Shown here: positions 43,517-44,215 of the stretch, piece by piece
Layout of the letters: every line of letters starts with the position of its first letter
How positions within the stretch are numbered: the first letter of the stretch is position 1
Origin: a virus
Lineage: Duplodnaviria; Caudoviricetes
Virus record (IMG/VR): IMGVR_UViG_3300048599_000177
Location: 1-44,215 of that record
Strand: one strand, 5' to 3'
DNA length: 44,215 bases
Made by a program: the position numbers and the translations under genes
Notes under the pieces: generated by a model
The model's database searches: none
What the model saw: the letters and a program-made list of their open reading frames with translations, nothing else
What the model was told of the DNA's origin: nothing

Positions 43517-44215
43517 CCACGAAGGAGCTCGAGCGCACCGTCGATCAGGCAATCGCCTGGGGCCGGGCGCGCATCGACAAGCTCGACGGACCGAAGCCCG
43601 GTGGCCGCTGGGACGCCCGCTGCCAGCAGTTCGTCCGGTCCTGCCTGGACACCCCGGCGTGGGCGGCGAGGCTCCCCGGCGTCGACTCGGCGATCGAGGC
43701 GTTCTACGCGATCCCCGAGGAGTGGCGGTTCGAGACGAACGACCCGCGCGAGGCTCCCCGGGGCGCGCAGGTCTACTACGAGATCGGAGCCAACGGCCAC
43801 GTCGTGCTGGCGATCGGGAAGACGACGAACCAGTGGGCCCTGGGCAACGACTACGTGCGTCAGGGCCGCATCGACGTCTGCCCGCGCGACCTGCCCCGCT
43901 GGGGCGCGAAGTGCGTCGGCTGGTCGACGTGGACGCCGTTCGGGATCCTCGACATCTCCGAGCGCGGGCAGGACTGGGACGGCGTCCCGCCACTGCTCGA
44001 GAACGTGCTCGCGGCCGCGCTCGACCCGACGGTGCACAACACGGCCGCCTGGCGCCTGGCGCACCGCCTGAACGATCTCGGGTTCTATGACGGCGTGCCG
44101 ATGCCGAAGGGCATCCAGGGCTACCCGCGGCGCGCCGTCACCGCCATCCAGAAGGCCCGCGGCCTGCGCCCGACCGGCGACTACGGGCCGAAGCTGCACC
44201 GGTACCTGTTCGGCA
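43513..44215 (+). CDS. Endolysin (CHAP/NlpC-P60-like peptidase plus PG-binding domain), 238 aa, ends at position 141
   Basis: GAGGAGG RBS; MTTKELERTVDQAIAW...CQQFVRSCL...P.GA.VYY....GHVVLAIG. Absent from the ORF track because it crosses the end of the window. Confidence 0.85.
   Translation, partial: MTTKELERTVDQAIAWGRARIDKLDGPKPGGRWDARCQQFVRSCLDTPAWAARLPGVDSAIEAFYAIPEEWRFETNDPREAPRGAQVYYEIGANGHVVLAIGKTTNQWALGNDYVRQGRIDVCPRDLPRWGAKCVGWSTWTPFGILDISERGQDWDGVPPLLENVLAAALDPTVHNTAAWRLAHRLNDLGFYDGVPMPKGIQGYPRRAVTAIQKARGLRPTGDYGPKLHRYLFG

Larger units (their letters stand above)
1..44215. mobile_element. Complete temperate actinobacterial siphovirus genome (circular/excised form)
   Basis: Integrase, repressor, replication, terminase, portal, capsid, long tape measure and lysis genes are all present. 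Ends overlap by 127 bp. WhiB, DUF3263 and LexA boxes point to an actinobacterial host. Confidence 0.95.

Noticed and set aside
44089-44215. Terminal repeat as a biological direct terminal repeat
   Set aside because: It is exactly 127 bp (a common assembly k-mer) and falls mid-endolysin, so it is a circularisation overlap.
1-44215. tRNA genes, reverse transcriptase/DGR, toxin-antitoxin or known defence systems
   Set aside because: No cloverleaf, YxDD RT motif, TR/VR pair or recognisable defence domain seen by eye; tRNAscan and HMM searches are needed to exclude them fully.

Overview
This is an apparently complete, circularly assembled genome of a temperate, high-GC actinobacterial siphovirus. 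Unique length is 44,088 bp, because bases 1-127 repeat exactly at 44089-44215. Gene order: lysis tail end, superinfection-immunity gene, divergent DNA-damage module, attP, tyrosine integrase, repressor, Xis/Cro, early and replication genes (two orphan DNA methyltransferases, HTH-WhiB, Holliday junction resolvase, J-domain protein, Cas4-like exonuclease, SSB-like protein, primase-helicase followed by an iteron-like origin), a glycosyltransferase/methyltransferase cluster, a leftward accessory island, HNH/terminase/head/tail genes, and a lysis cassette (holin, clan GH-A glycosidase, two acidic micropeptides, CHAP/NlpC-like endolysin spanning the junction). Main unexplained signals: (1) a divergent gene pair beside attP with back-to-back PafBC-type promoters and a LexA box, next to a repressor that lacks an autocleavage domain; (2) an attP core that reads as the 3' end of glnA; (3) a CTAG-rich leftward island whose genes are separated by repeated ~50-65 bp CTAG-closed palindromes, flanked by a shared operator and followed by a triple LexA box with no obvious gene; (4) a CCCAACCAC motif repeated before ribosome-binding sites. 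All family calls are from motif recognition by eye; no searches were run.
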